64,000 nucleotides of DNA, taken from positions 1 through 64,000 of the forward strand of contig CAWCMR010000026.1 of assembly GCA_963796685.1 (NCBI GenBank), read 5' to 3'. The notes below the pieces were generated by a model. It saw nothing but the letters and a program-made list of their open reading frames with translations. It did no database searches and was not told where the DNA came from. A program made the translations under genes and the position numbers. Below are positions 31,038 to 40,364 of the stretch, in pieces (position 1 is the stretch's first letter; the number at the start of each line of letters is the position of its first letter). The DNA comes from an uncultured delta proteobacterium (GTDB taxonomy: Bacteria; Myxococcota_A; Polyangia; Fen-1088).

Positions 31038-32218
31038 CAATTTCTTGTGTCCCAATTACGCCCGAAAGCCACGGCCTTGATACCGAACTTGCCGCGAATC
31101 GCGTCGAGCGATTGCATCAGCCGGTCGTCTTTGGGGACGGGCTGGCCGCGGTCGGCGAACAGATCGAGCTGCGCGGGCGGGAAGGTCAGGCGGTCCAGGC
31201 ACAGGCGCAGGTGGCGAATGCGCACGCGGCGGGACCAGGCGCGGTCGAGCACCCCCTTGGCCATCTCGAAAAGCCGGCGATCGTTGGCCGACGCCGGCGC
31301 GAGGCTACCCTGCCTGGCCACGCGCACGCCGTCGGAATAGTCGAGCACGATGGCGAGCCTTTGCGCGGCCAGGCGGCGCTGGCGCAGCTTGCGTCCGCCC
31401 TGTTCGATCAGCGCAAACAGCGCCGTGTGCAAGGTCTCGACGTCGTTGCTGTCGTTGCCGAAATCGTGGTCGGCGACGATCTCGGGGCGTTCTTGTCCCA
31501 CCGGCAACACGGGTGATTCGTCCACGCCGCGCATGGATTCATACACGAGCTGTCCGCGGCTTGCGAACACCACTTCCAACTGGGGCAGCGTCCACGCGAG
31601 CACCTGGCCCACGCGATCCAAACGGAACTCGCGCAAGCGAACCAGGTCGCCCTCGTCGAGGCCGGGCACCAGCGCCACCGGCAAGGGCGAAAGGAAGGCC
31701 TTCTCTTGTCCTTCTTCCAAGATGTATTCGCCGGCCGGTTTCACCACACGGGTGGCCACCTTGGCCAAGAGCTTGTTGTGCGCCACCGACCAGATGGGAT
31801 CGAGCCCCAGCTCTTTGCGCACGGCCTTGCGGATGCGCCAGGCGACGTCGTAGGCCGGGCCGAACAGGCGGTGCGTTCCCGTGGCGTCGATGAACAGGTG
31901 TCCGTTGCTGTCGGTCATCTCGATGCGCGGCGAGTAGGGCAGGGCGCGCGCCAAGAGGTCGCGCATGGCCTGTTCGTAGCGATCGGCATGCGGAGGAATG
32001 ACCACGGTGTCCCGGCACAGGCGCCGCGCGCGCGCCAGGGCCATGCCTTTGCGGATGCCGTGTTGAAAGGCCTCGTCGCTCATGTCGAACACGGCGGCGC
32101 GGCTCGCGCCCTCGGGCGCGATGACCACCGGCCGTTCGCGCAGGCGGGCGTCGAGCACGCGTTCGACCGCCACCGCGAAGTCCGCGACGTTGAGGTGAAT
32201 GATCGTGCGCGCTTCCAT
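31037..32218 (-). CDS. Y-family (DinB-derived) polymerase, probably catalytically inactive (ImuB-like)
   Basis: IMS fold (RERPVVI, NKLLAKVA, KPAG). Catalytic motifs altered (HLNVADF, TDSNGHLFID); beta-clamp motif QLDLF retained. Confidence 0.8.
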   Translation of the reverse strand: MEARTIIHLNVADFAVAVERVLDARLRERPVVIAPEGASRAAVFDMSDEAFQHGIRKGMALARARRLCRDTVVIPPHADRYEQAMRDLLARALPYSPRIEMTDSNGHLFIDATGTHRLFGPAYDVAWRIRKAVRKELGLDPIWSVAHNKLLAKVATRVVKPAGEYILEEGQEKAFLSPLPVALVPGLDEGDLVRLREFRLDRVGQVLAWTLPQLEVVFASRGQLVYESMRGVDESPVLPVGQERPEIVADHDFGNDSNDVETLHTALFALIEQGGRKLRQRRLAAQRLAIVLDYSDGVRVARQGSLAPASANDRRLFEMAKGVLDRAWSRRVRIRHLRLCLDRLTFPPAQLDLFADRGQPVPKDDRLMQSLDAIRGKFGIKAVAFGRNWDTRN

Positions 32219-32229
32219 TCCTCACCCGC

Positions 32230-33078
32230 TTACGCCGCCAGCAAGCCGGCCTTGTGCAGAAGCTCGACCAGCCGGCGCGCGTTGCGTGGCGCCTGGCCGC
32301 GCACGTGGTTGTTGAAAAACAGCACGCCGGTTTTCGCCGCCTCGAGCAGGCGGCGCAGCCGCTTGTCCATCCACGCCTCGATTTCGCCGTCGGAATAGTC
32401 GTAATCGAACTGCGTCGCCATCTTGTTCGAGCGCCAGCCGAGGGCGTTGCGGCCGTGGAAGCGCACGTAGAAAAGCTCGGGGTTGGTGACCACGTCGAGG
32501 GAGGGAAAGAGCCCGGGCAGCTCAGGCTCGTCGACCGTGACCAGGGTGACGTGCCGCTTTTCGAGCTCGGCGAACACCGTGTCCTTCGCCCACGAGGCGT
32601 TGCGGAACTCGACCGCGAGCGGCAGTCCTTGCAATTCGGATAGCAGCGCTCCGAGATACGACCGGTGCTTGGGCGAGCGATCGAAGCTGGCGCCGAATTG
32701 AATCAGGACGGCGCGCAGCTGGTGCGACTGGACCAGCGGCGCGATGCCGAGGCGATACTTCTCGGCCTCGCCCTGCCAGGCCTTGGCGTCGATCTCGTGG
32801 GTCAGGGTGCGGGTCAGCTTGGCGCAAAAAAGAAAATCCGGTGGCACGAGAGCGCGCTGCCGCTCGACCGCCTCGGCGCGCGGCATCTGATACCAGGTGT
32901 AGTTCAGCTCGGTGACCGGAAATTCGCGCGCATAGAGCGGCAGCATCTGGCCGGCCTTGGTGCCCGGCGGATAGATCCCGGCCTCGATCCACTCGGGATA
33001 GGAATAGCCGGACGTGCCGACCCAAAGCGCGCGAGCGCTAGCGGGACCGGCTGGCCTTTTTGGGGAAGAACCTGACAT
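32230..33078 (-). CDS. DUF72-family protein
   Basis: VGTSGYSY.EW, ELNYTWY, AVEFRN.SW, YVRFHGRN, DYDYS and FFNNH. Confidence 0.88.
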   Translation of the reverse strand: MSGSSPKRPAGPASARALWVGTSGYSYPEWIEAGIYPPGTKAGQMLPLYAREFPVTELNYTWYQMPRAEAVERQRALVPPDFLFCAKLTRTLTHEIDAKAWQGEAEKYRLGIAPLVQSHQLRAVLIQFGASFDRSPKHRSYLGALLSELQGLPLAVEFRNASWAKDTVFAELEKRHVTLVTVDEPELPGLFPSLDVVTNPELFYVRFHGRNALGWRSNKMATQFDYDYSDGEIEAWMDKRLRRLLEAAKTGVLFFNNHVRGQAPRNARRLVELLHKAGLLAA

Positions 33079-33093
33079 CGCGAATTGCCTGAC

Positions 33094-33109
33094 CTGGACG
33101 GACGTTCAG
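33094..33109. promoter_or_regulatory. Putative LexA (SOS) box of the DUF72-dinB-dnaE2 operon
   Basis: CTGGAC-GGAC-GTTCAG, 15 nt before the start codon. Confidence 0.6.
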
Positions 33110-33148
33110 TATCCCCATGCCACCCTCATCCGTCAAGCCGCGGATCCA

Positions 33149-33347
33149 TGATCCCGCGATAGGCGCGGGAGGTCGTGGCGGTGGTCGTGGCCGTGGCCGT
33201 GGCCGGAGTGATCTTCGTCGGCCACGGCCACGGCCACGACCACCGCCACGACCACCCTTCGTCGGCCGACCTGGGCGAGCAATTTTCCCTTGGGCTACCC
33301 CTTCCGCGAGGCGCTCCGCGGCTTCGCTACGCTTGCCGCGGGATTAC
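33149..33347 (-). mobile_element. ~200-bp MITE-like hairpin element, copy 3 (inverted)
   Basis: ATCCCGCGATAGGCGCGGGAGG...GGAGTGATCTTCGTC...CCGCGGGATTA. Confidence 0.78.
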
Positions 33348-33409
33348 GGGAGATGCCGCGTGCTTGCCAAGCACCTTGGGCGATCGCACAATCTGCGCGG
33401 TACGGGGTG

Positions 33410-34327
33410 ATGGTCGAGAAACCAGGCGAAAAGCTTCAAATGCTGGTGACCGGCGCGACGGGGCTCATCGGCAGGGCGCTACTCGATCGGCTTGGACAGG
33501 CGGTGGTGCTGACCCGCGATCCGGAGCGCGCCAAGCAAAGCCTTGCCGCCGCCAAAGCGCATGCGTGGTTGCCCGAGGCCGGGCCACCTCCCCTTGATGC
33601 CTTGGATGGCGTGGACGTGGTCTTCAATCTTGCGGGCGAGCCCATCGCCGAAGGGCGCTGGACCTCGGACAAGAAGCGCCGCATCCGCGACAGCCGGGTG
33701 CTCGGCACGCGCAACCTGGTGGCCGGGCTCGCCGCCCTGGAGAGCCGTCCGCGCGTGCTCGTGTCGGCGTCGGCGGTCGGCTACTACGGCGATCGGGGCG
33801 ACGACGAGCTCTCGGAGAGCTCGGCCGCCGGGCGAGGATTTCTCGCGGACGTGTGCGCGGAGTGGGAACGCGAGGCCATGGCCGCGGAAACCCTGGGCGT
33901 GCGCGTGGTCCGCGTGCGTATCGGCATCGTGCTGGCCAAGGGCGGGGGCGCACTGGCGAGAATGCTCCCGGCGTTTCGCCTGGGGGCTGGCGGAAAGCTT
34001 GGCGACGGCAGTCAGTGGATGCCGTGGGTTCACCTCGACGACGTGGTCGGCATCCTGCTGCACGCCAGTCAGGACGGGCGCATCCAGGGCGCCGTGAACG
34101 CCGTGGGACCGCGACCGGTCACGAACGCCGCCTTCACGCGCGCCCTCGCGCGGGCCGCGCACCGCCCGGCGTTTCTCACGGTACCGAAGCTCGCGCTGCG
34201 CCTGGCGTTCGGCGAGATGGGCGAGATCCTCACCGATTCGCAGCGGGTGCTCCCGACGGTGGCCGAGCAAACCGGCTATGCCTTCAAGTACGCCGACCTC
34301 GGCGCCGCCCTGAAGGTGGCGCTCTAG
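33410..34327 (+). CDS. TIGR01777/YfcH-like NAD-dependent epimerase
   Basis: TGATGLIG, NLAGEPI..RWT, ASAVGYYG and GDGSQWMPWVH. Confidence 0.88.
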   Translation: MVEKPGEKLQMLVTGATGLIGRALLDRLGQAVVLTRDPERAKQSLAAAKAHAWLPEAGPPPLDALDGVDVVFNLAGEPIAEGRWTSDKKRRIRDSRVLGTRNLVAGLAALESRPRVLVSASAVGYYGDRGDDELSESSAAGRGFLADVCAEWEREAMAAETLGVRVVRVRIGIVLAKGGGALARMLPAFRLGAGGKLGDGSQWMPWVHLDDVVGILLHASQDGRIQGAVNAVGPRPVTNAAFTRALARAAHRPAFLTVPKLALRLAFGEMGEILTDSQRVLPTVAEQTGYAFKYADLGAALKVAL

Positions 34328-34420
34328 ATCTAGAGCACCGAACGGGTTGAATTCCTCCTGATCCAAGGGATTGCCTGGCGCCGCCGAGGCCGCTATGCAG
34401 AGCGCGCACAAGCCTTTTTT

Positions 34421-34532
34421 CACACAGAGAATACAGAGGGCACAGAGGCCCGGAAAAGCAAGGGTCTTCCGAATCTCGATCCGAACCCTTCCTTTCTCCT
34501 CCGTCTCTGTGTTCTCTGTGTCCTCTGTGGTT
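34421..34532. repeat. ~115-bp CACAGAG palindromic element, copy B
   Basis: Same arms as copy A; its core is the reverse complement homolog of the copy A core; lies between convergent genes. Confidence 0.8.
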
Positions 34533-34558
34533 AGAATCCGGAAATTGCGTTCGGTGCT

Positions 34559-35743
34559 CTAAGCCGTATACCGTTCAATCTCGACCGCGCGCCACAGGTA
34601 CCAGCTCGCCACCGATGCGTAGGGCGCCCAGGCCCGCGCCGTCCGCTCGATGGCCTCGGCGCCGGGCAGTCCGCGCGTACCGTAGGTGATGGCAAAGCCC
34701 TTTTGCACGCCTAGATCCGCCACCGGCAGGACGTTCGGCCGGCCGAGATAGAACATCAGCAGCATCTGCGCGCTCCAGCGTCCGATGCCGCGGACCCGGG
34801 ACAGTCGCTCGATGATCTCCGCGTCGGGCATCGCTTCCATCTCGGCGCGCGTGGGCAGACGACCCTCTACGGCGTGGAACGCGAGATCCAAGAGCGCAAG
34901 AGCCTTGTTTTGCGAAAGGCCCGCGCCGCGCAGCTTGGCTTGGGGCAGCGCCAGCATGGCCCCGGGGTCGTCGATTTCCTCTCGCGCACCGTGCTCGTCT
35001 TGCCCCAGCAGCGCGGCCACGCGAACGTAGATGGTGGCCGCCGCCTTGCCGGAGAGCTGCTGCGCGATGATGGCGCGGGCCAGCGCCGCGAACGGCTTCG
35101 GGCCGCCGCGCGTCTTGGGGGCGGCGGCCTGCAGGGTGAACGGTCCCGCGCGGTCGATCAGCTTGCCCAGGCGAGGATCGGCGCTTTTCAGGTGTGCGAC
35201 CGCCGCGTGCTCGTCGAAGGTCACGTTCGATGTGCGGCCGCGATAGCCCTCGCGCCAGAGCAGGCGCAATTTCGTGGGTACGCCGCTGCCCGCCGAGTAT
35301 GCGCCGAATCCGGAATGCGAGAAGACACGGTGGCAGGGCACGATGATGGGCCAGGGATTGGTGGACATGGCTCGCCCCGTCGCACGGACCGCGCCCGCCG
35401 AGCCGACCACCGCGGCCAGCTCGCCGTAGGTGCGAGTTTCGCCGGATGGGATGGCCTGGGCGGCGCGCTGCACGCGCAGCAAGAAGGGCGGGGCGTCCCT
35501 GGTGTCGAGCCCCACGCCCGAGAAGTCCTGGGCCGCGCCGCCGATATGCGCCTTGAGCGCCAGCGCGACCTCGGCGACCTCCCGCGGAGGGCGTGCCTCG
35601 ATCCGTAGCCCGGCGCGGGTCAGAGCCGCGGTTTCGAGGTCGCTCCAGTCGGGGCTGGGGAGCAGCACGCGCGAAATGCCGTGCTCGTTGAAACCAATGG
35701 CGAGGGTGCCGAGGTCGGTGCGAATCTTCGTGAAGGAACCCAT
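34559..35743 (-). CDS. Fusion of O6-methylguanine methyltransferase (Ogt) and AlkA-type 3-methyladenine glycosylase
   Basis: TYGELA..NPWPIIVPCHRV, then AQQLSGKAA, VRGIGRWSA and LPVADLG (HhH-GPD). Confidence 0.88.
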   Translation of the reverse strand: MGSFTKIRTDLGTLAIGFNEHGISRVLLPSPDWSDLETAALTRAGLRIEARPPREVAEVALALKAHIGGAAQDFSGVGLDTRDAPPFLLRVQRAAQAIPSGETRTYGELAAVVGSAGAVRATGRAMSTNPWPIIVPCHRVFSHSGFGAYSAGSGVPTKLRLLWREGYRGRTSNVTFDEHAAVAHLKSADPRLGKLIDRAGPFTLQAAAPKTRGGPKPFAALARAIIAQQLSGKAAATIYVRVAALLGQDEHGAREEIDDPGAMLALPQAKLRGAGLSQNKALALLDLAFHAVEGRLPTRAEMEAMPDAEIIERLSRVRGIGRWSAQMLLMFYLGRPNVLPVADLGVQKGFAITYGTRGLPGAEAIERTARAWAPYASVASWYLWRAVEIERYTA

Positions 35744-35937
35744 GGACTCTCAGATGAACCTTCGGGGCGGAAAGATTTCTGACCTTTGTCGAAAGGGAAG
35801 CAACTCTTGAACGGACACAGGAGTCTAGCGATGCAGCACGACCGCGATCCAAGGAAAATTCGATGGCGTCCTGCGCATTGTAATGTTTGCCCTCCCGCCA
35901 CCGTGTTGTACTGAGGACCTCTTTCCGGCAGGATGGC

Positions 35938-36586
35938 ATGCAGGTCGCACTCTCCACGATGGCCGTCTCGCCGCCGCTGCCTCAGGCATTCCTTTCCGCG
36001 TCGGATTCCTCTGACGAGGCTTTGGTGCGCGCGGCGCGGGCCGGCGACCGCCGCGCGTGTTTCGCCATCTGGTCCAAATACGCCGCCCTGGTCCAGCGCC
36101 TGGCGCGGCGGTTTCTCGGGCCGGGCCCCGACTACGCCGATCTCTGTCAAGAAGCCTTCCTGCGCATCTTCAAACGGTTGGATGAGTTGCGCGAACCGGC
36201 TGCGTTGCGTGGGTTCGTGGTCAGCGTCACCCTGGGCGTGGCGCGCAACGAGGTTCGGCGGCGGCGCATCCGCGCCATCGTCGGGCTCGTGCCCGAAGAG
36301 GTCTTGCCGGCGGCGCCAGAGCTTCCGGGGCAGGGCGAGGCCAGGGAGGAGGCGCGGGCGCTCTACCGATTGCTCGGCACCTTGAGCGCGGAAGATTCGC
36401 TCGCTCTTCGTCGCGCGTTTCGTGGAGAAGATGGAGCTTGCCGAGGTCGCGGCGGTGCACGCCATGAGCCTCTCCACGGCCAAGCGCCGCGTGGCGCGGC
36501 TGGTGGCGCGGGTGGACGCGCGTCTCGAATCGAGTCCGGTGTTGCGGGAGTACGTGGGCACGCTCGGGCAAGGGAGGGACACGTGA
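35938..36586 (+). CDS. ECF sigma factor; frameshift near 36400
   Basis: DEALVRAARAGD and DLCQEAFL; after the shift, FVARFVEKMELAEVA..SLSTAKRR (region 4). Confidence 0.75.
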
Positions 36587-38139
36587 AGGACAAACGCGAA
36601 ACCTCTGTGGCCGCCGAGGCGGACTGCCAGCGTCTGGGCGACCTTGCGGGGATCGCGGTGCCCGTGGAGGCGCGGTCTCCAGGGGCCGGACAGTGGGCCG
36701 AGATTGAACGGCGTCTCGACGGAGTCGGGCGTGGGCCATCGCGCCGGCTTCGCTGGGCGGCGTTCGCCGCATGCGCCGCGCTAGCCCTGTGCGTGGTCGG
36801 CTGGCTGGTGGCGCGGCGACCGCTTGGTTATCGCCTGCAGGGTTGTACCCTGGCCGCCGACGGCAACTTCGAGACCACGGCCAACCGCGGTGGCAGCATC
36901 GCGTTCGAGGATGGCAGCCGCGTGGCGGTCGAGAAGGACGCGCGCTTTCGCCTGGGAATGCTGCCCTTCGGGCGTGGCGCCGAAATCAATCTGGACGAAG
37001 GCCAGGTGCACTTGGCCGTGGTCCATCGCGCGAAGGCACGTTGGGCGGTGCTCGCCGGGCCATTCCGGGTGGACGTGACGGGCACGCGCTTCGGTGTGCT
37101 GTGGTCCCGGCACCGCGGACAGTTCCGCCTTGCCATGCAGGAGGGAGAGGTACGCGTCGGGGGAGGCCCGATTCCCCCGGATACGCGTGTGCATGCAGGG
37201 CAGACCGTGAACGCGGATCTGGTTGGTGGCACCTTCGAGATTGCGAACGAGCGGGCTTTGGCGACGGAAGAGGCCGGCGAAGCGACCGCGCCGGCCTTGC
37301 CACGCGAGCCGAAATCGGCTGGCGCGCACGAAGCGCGTCCGCCCCTTCCCCCGGCCTCGCCGCGCAAACGGATGGAGCCTGTCGCGCGCGCCGAACGCCG
37401 CCTCGCACACGCGACCGAGTCGAGCCGATCCGAGCCCGCGGCAGCGCTCGCACCCCCACCCGAGCCGCCGCTCAATGCCGTCCCGCCCGCTGCGTCCAGG
37501 GGACCCGAGTCCACCTTGCCGCCGCCTCCTTCCGCGCTTCCGTCCGAGCCCACGGAAATCGCCCAGACCACGCCGACGAGCCTACGCGTGGTCATCGGCG
37601 AAACCGGACAATTGGCGAACGGCTTCACCGGGGCCACCTGGATCGCGAGCGGCGAGGGCACGTCCTTCTCTTCGCCAAGCTCGTGGGAGGGCAGGGCTCA
37701 TCTTCTGCCCGAGTCGGGCCTTCTGTGCACCAGCGGAACCGTGGCGGGGCTGTCCTGCGTGAACGAAGGGATGCCGCAGATGCAGTGCAACTGGGGGCGC
37801 AATTGGGGCGTGGCCATCGGCTGGCACACGCGCGCCGACCAAAAGGCCTGGGGGGACGAGGCCGCGCGTGGGATTGCGGTCGAGTTCCGCGGCCGCTCCG
37901 CCAGCTACCGTCTGAACGCGCACCTCAAGGGCGATCCCCTCGAACGCATCTACTGCGTCGAGAACTACAAATCCGGCCAGGTCGTGCGGCCGTCCATGTT
38001 CAAGTCGGAGTGCTGGTTCGACAAGGGCGACACCCTCGATGACTTCCAGCAGGTCGACACCTTCAACCTGCAATTCTCGTCTGGAATGAGCTACGTCGCC
38101 TTCAGGTACTGCGTTTCGGCCATCATGCTCTTTCCGTGA
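36583..38139 (+). CDS. FecR-domain anti-sigma factor with extracellular putative carbohydrate-binding domain
   Basis: TM helix, FEDGS..VTGTRF..EGEV FecR motifs, Pro linker, and a Cys/Trp-rich C-terminal domain ending FRYCVSAI. Confidence 0.72.
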   Translation: MKDKRETSVAAEADCQRLGDLAGIAVPVEARSPGAGQWAEIERRLDGVGRGPSRRLRWAAFAACAALALCVVGWLVARRPLGYRLQGCTLAADGNFETTANRGGSIAFEDGSRVAVEKDARFRLGMLPFGRGAEINLDEGQVHLAVVHRAKARWAVLAGPFRVDVTGTRFGVLWSRHRGQFRLAMQEGEVRVGGGPIPPDTRVHAGQTVNADLVGGTFEIANERALATEEAGEATAPALPREPKSAGAHEARPPLPPASPRKRMEPVARAERRLAHATESSRSEPAAALAPPPEPPLNAVPPAASRGPESTLPPPPSALPSEPTEIAQTTPTSLRVVIGETGQLANGFTGATWIASGEGTSFSSPSSWEGRAHLLPESGLLCTSGTVAGLSCVNEGMPQMQCNWGRNWGVAIGWHTRADQKAWGDEAARGIAVEFRGRSASYRLNAHLKGDPLERIYCVENYKSGQVVRPSMFKSECWFDKGDTLDDFQQVDTFNLQFSSGMSYVAFRYCVSAIMLFP

Positions 38140-38151
38140 CCGCCGAATACC

Positions 38152-39420
38152 CTAAAACGTGAACGCGACGTCATCGATCCAGATCCCGAAGTTGGCGCCC
38201 ACGGGGATCTGGAACAGGACCTGGTACAGACTGGACGGGTCGAAGGCCGTCCCCGCTTGCCCCCCGCCTTCCTGGGCAAGTTGGCTGAACATCACCGTGT
38301 ACTTGGTCCACGTCGAGTCCAGGGTAACGCGATAGCCGTAGTGATCGTAGCACGCCGTCGGGCCCGTCGAGACGCCGGGCTGGCAGATGTTGCCGTCGGG
38401 CTGCGTGTCCTTGTCCGGGAAGGCGACGCGTACCACCGATGAGGTGCCTGCGTCGACCTTGGCCCAGAAGCTGATGCCCTTGTACTTGGACGCATCGTAG
38501 GGGCTGCCGAGCCCGAACCAGACGTTGGCGCCCCACAGGACGTAGCCGCCGCCGGCGACGTAGGCCGCGTATTTGCGGCACGGATCTCCGGTGTCGGTCG
38601 GGGCGAAGCCCGTGTTGGGGTCGGGATACATTTTGGCGTTCGGACTGTCGTCGTGGCTGTCGGACCACGCGCCGGCGCGGCCGTTGACGGAGGGAATGAA
38701 GCGATCGCCGTCGTTCAGGTCGTCGATCAATTCTTCGTTGCTGGCCAATCCCGGACAGGTGCTGCCGTCGGCGCCCGAATCCGCGTTTCCACCCGCGCCT
38801 CCGGTCCGCACGTCGAGCCCGCCGTCCCTGCCGATCGCTCCGCCGCTGCCCCCGAAGCCAGCATCAGGGCCGATGGCTCCCGCCGACCCTCCGGTGCTGC
38901 CCCCGGCGCCGATGCGCCCTCCGGTCGCGAGCGAGCCGCCCGCGCCGCCCCTGCTTCCACCGACCTGGCCCCCCAGCCCGCTGCCGCCCGCGCCGCCCTT
39001 GCTCCCGCCGGCCTGGCCGCCCAGGCCGCTGCCACCCGCGCCACCCTTGCTCCCGCCGGCCTGGCCGCCCAGGCCGCTGCCACCCGCGCCACCCTTGCTC
39101 CCGCCGGCCTGGCCGCCCAGGCCGCTGCCACCCGCGCCACCCTTGCTCCCGCCCATGGAGGATCCGCCCGGACCCATGCCGCCGAATCCGCCCACGGTGC
39201 CGCCCACGTTTGGAATCCCACCCGTGCCGGGTCGCCCGCCGCTGCCGTGAATACCGCCGGTGCCGGGTTGCCCGCCGCTGCCGAGAACGCCGCCCACGCC
39301 ACCCGTTGCAACGATGGGCTCTTCGTCCAGCGTATCGAGCGTGCTGCGCGCGCCGCAGCCCAAGGTGAGGAGCAATCCAAAGTGTAGGGCGAGCTTTTCG
39401 AATTTCGACTTCATGAACAT
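38152..39420 (-). CDS. Gly-rich lipoprotein with C-terminal CBM11/CIA30-like domain
   Basis: Lipobox LTLGC; LIDDLNDG, YDASKYKGISFWAK, WTKYTV.FSQL and IWIDDVAF. Confidence 0.75.
   Translation of the reverse strand: MFMKSKFEKLALHFGLLLTLGCGARSTLDTLDEEPIVATGGVGGVLGSGGQPGTGGIHGSGGRPGTGGIPNVGGTVGGFGGMGPGGSSMGGSKGGAGGSGLGGQAGGSKGGAGGSGLGGQAGGSKGGAGGSGLGGQAGGSKGGAGGSGLGGQVGGSRGGAGGSLATGGRIGAGGSTGGSAGAIGPDAGFGGSGGAIGRDGGLDVRTGGAGGNADSGADGSTCPGLASNEELIDDLNDGDRFIPSVNGRAGAWSDSHDDSPNAKMYPDPNTGFAPTDTGDPCRKYAAYVAGGGYVLWGANVWFGLGSPYDASKYKGISFWAKVDAGTSSVVRVAFPDKDTQPDGNICQPGVSTGPTACYDHYGYRVTLDSTWTKYTVMFSQLAQEGGGQAGTAFDPSSLYQVLFQIPVGANFGIWIDDVAFTF
38953..39153. repeat. 48-bp coding tandem repeat (GGSKGGAGGSGLGGQA), 3 perfect plus 1 degenerate copy
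   Basis: Read directly from the sequence. Confidence 0.85.
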
Positions 39421-39561
39421 GGCCTTTGTCGGAGTCGCCAACACTATGGCATGGCTCAGAGGCTTTTTCGCGTTAGTGGCATGACGGTTCAAGGTGCCAA
39501 TCATCACATACCACCAAGGGGCGGTTTCCCCTTTGTGTATGAAATGAGGTCTAATAGAGCC

Positions 39562-40314
39562 ATGCGGTCGCTAGCCCTGCTTGCAATGGTAGCATTTACG
39601 ATTACATGTGGGCCATCGCCGGATGCAAAGCTTCCCGGCTATACCGAGGGCACGGGCGGCTCGACCTCGGCGGGAGTGGGAGGTACGACGGATACGGGTG
39701 GCACGAGCGAGATCGGCACGGGCGGCCGCACTGGCGCGGGCGGCTCGTCGGCCGTGGGCACCGGCGGCAAGACGGGCAGCGGCGGCAGGGTTGGGACGGG
39801 CGGCAGCTCCGGCAGCGGCGGCAGGCTCGGTGCCGATGCCGGCCGCGACAGCGCAGCCTCGCCGGACGGCCGTGCTGGCACGGACGGCCGCCTGCCGGGC
39901 ACAGGGGGGGCGTTGTTCGGCACCGGCGGTGCGGGCAGCGGCGACGCGGCCAAGGGCACAGGCGGAGGTGGCGGCGCTGCGACAGGTGGAATCTCGGGCA
40001 CGCGCGACGCCGCCATGCCGCCACCCGATTCGGCGGGAAATTGCTTGAGCCAGCTTATCGCCAATGGCTACGCCTGTGGGAGCGCTCCTCCATGCAGCGC
40101 ATGCAAGGACAATTCGACGTCCAAAGCGGCGGAATGCCAGGCGGTGCTAGATTGCATCGAGGCTGGCTACCCGTGCACGGGCAACTGCCCTACTGAGTGC
40201 TTCAACAAGAACGGGGGCAACGGTCCTGTCCAGACCTGCGTCACCGCCCTGCAGACCGCCGCCTGCAGCGCTTCCGGTTGCGGGGTCACGCTGCCGCCCA
40301 ACGGTGGCGGCTAG
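39562..40314 (+). CDS. Gly-rich lipoprotein with Cys-rich C-terminal domain
   Basis: Lipobox ITC, GTGG repeats and many C-terminal Cys. Confidence 0.7.
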   Translation: MRSLALLAMVAFTITCGPSPDAKLPGYTEGTGGSTSAGVGGTTDTGGTSEIGTGGRTGAGGSSAVGTGGKTGSGGRVGTGGSSGSGGRLGADAGRDSAASPDGRAGTDGRLPGTGGALFGTGGAGSGDAAKGTGGGGGAATGGISGTRDAAMPPPDSAGNCLSQLIANGYACGSAPPCSACKDNSTSKAAECQAVLDCIEAGYPCTGNCPTECFNKNGGNGPVQTCVTALQTAACSASGCGVTLPPNGGG

Positions 40315-40364
40315 CCTCTCGCCAACGGCGTGACAGACTGATTCATGATCCTGGGTCTTGCGCT

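Noticed and set aside
35806-35828. LexA box upstream of ogt-alkA
   Set aside because: Only a TTGAAC half-site
35887-38139. 750-aa sigma-FecR fusion ORF
   Set aside because: Produced by a frameshift near 36400; sigma region 4 and its stop are in another frame
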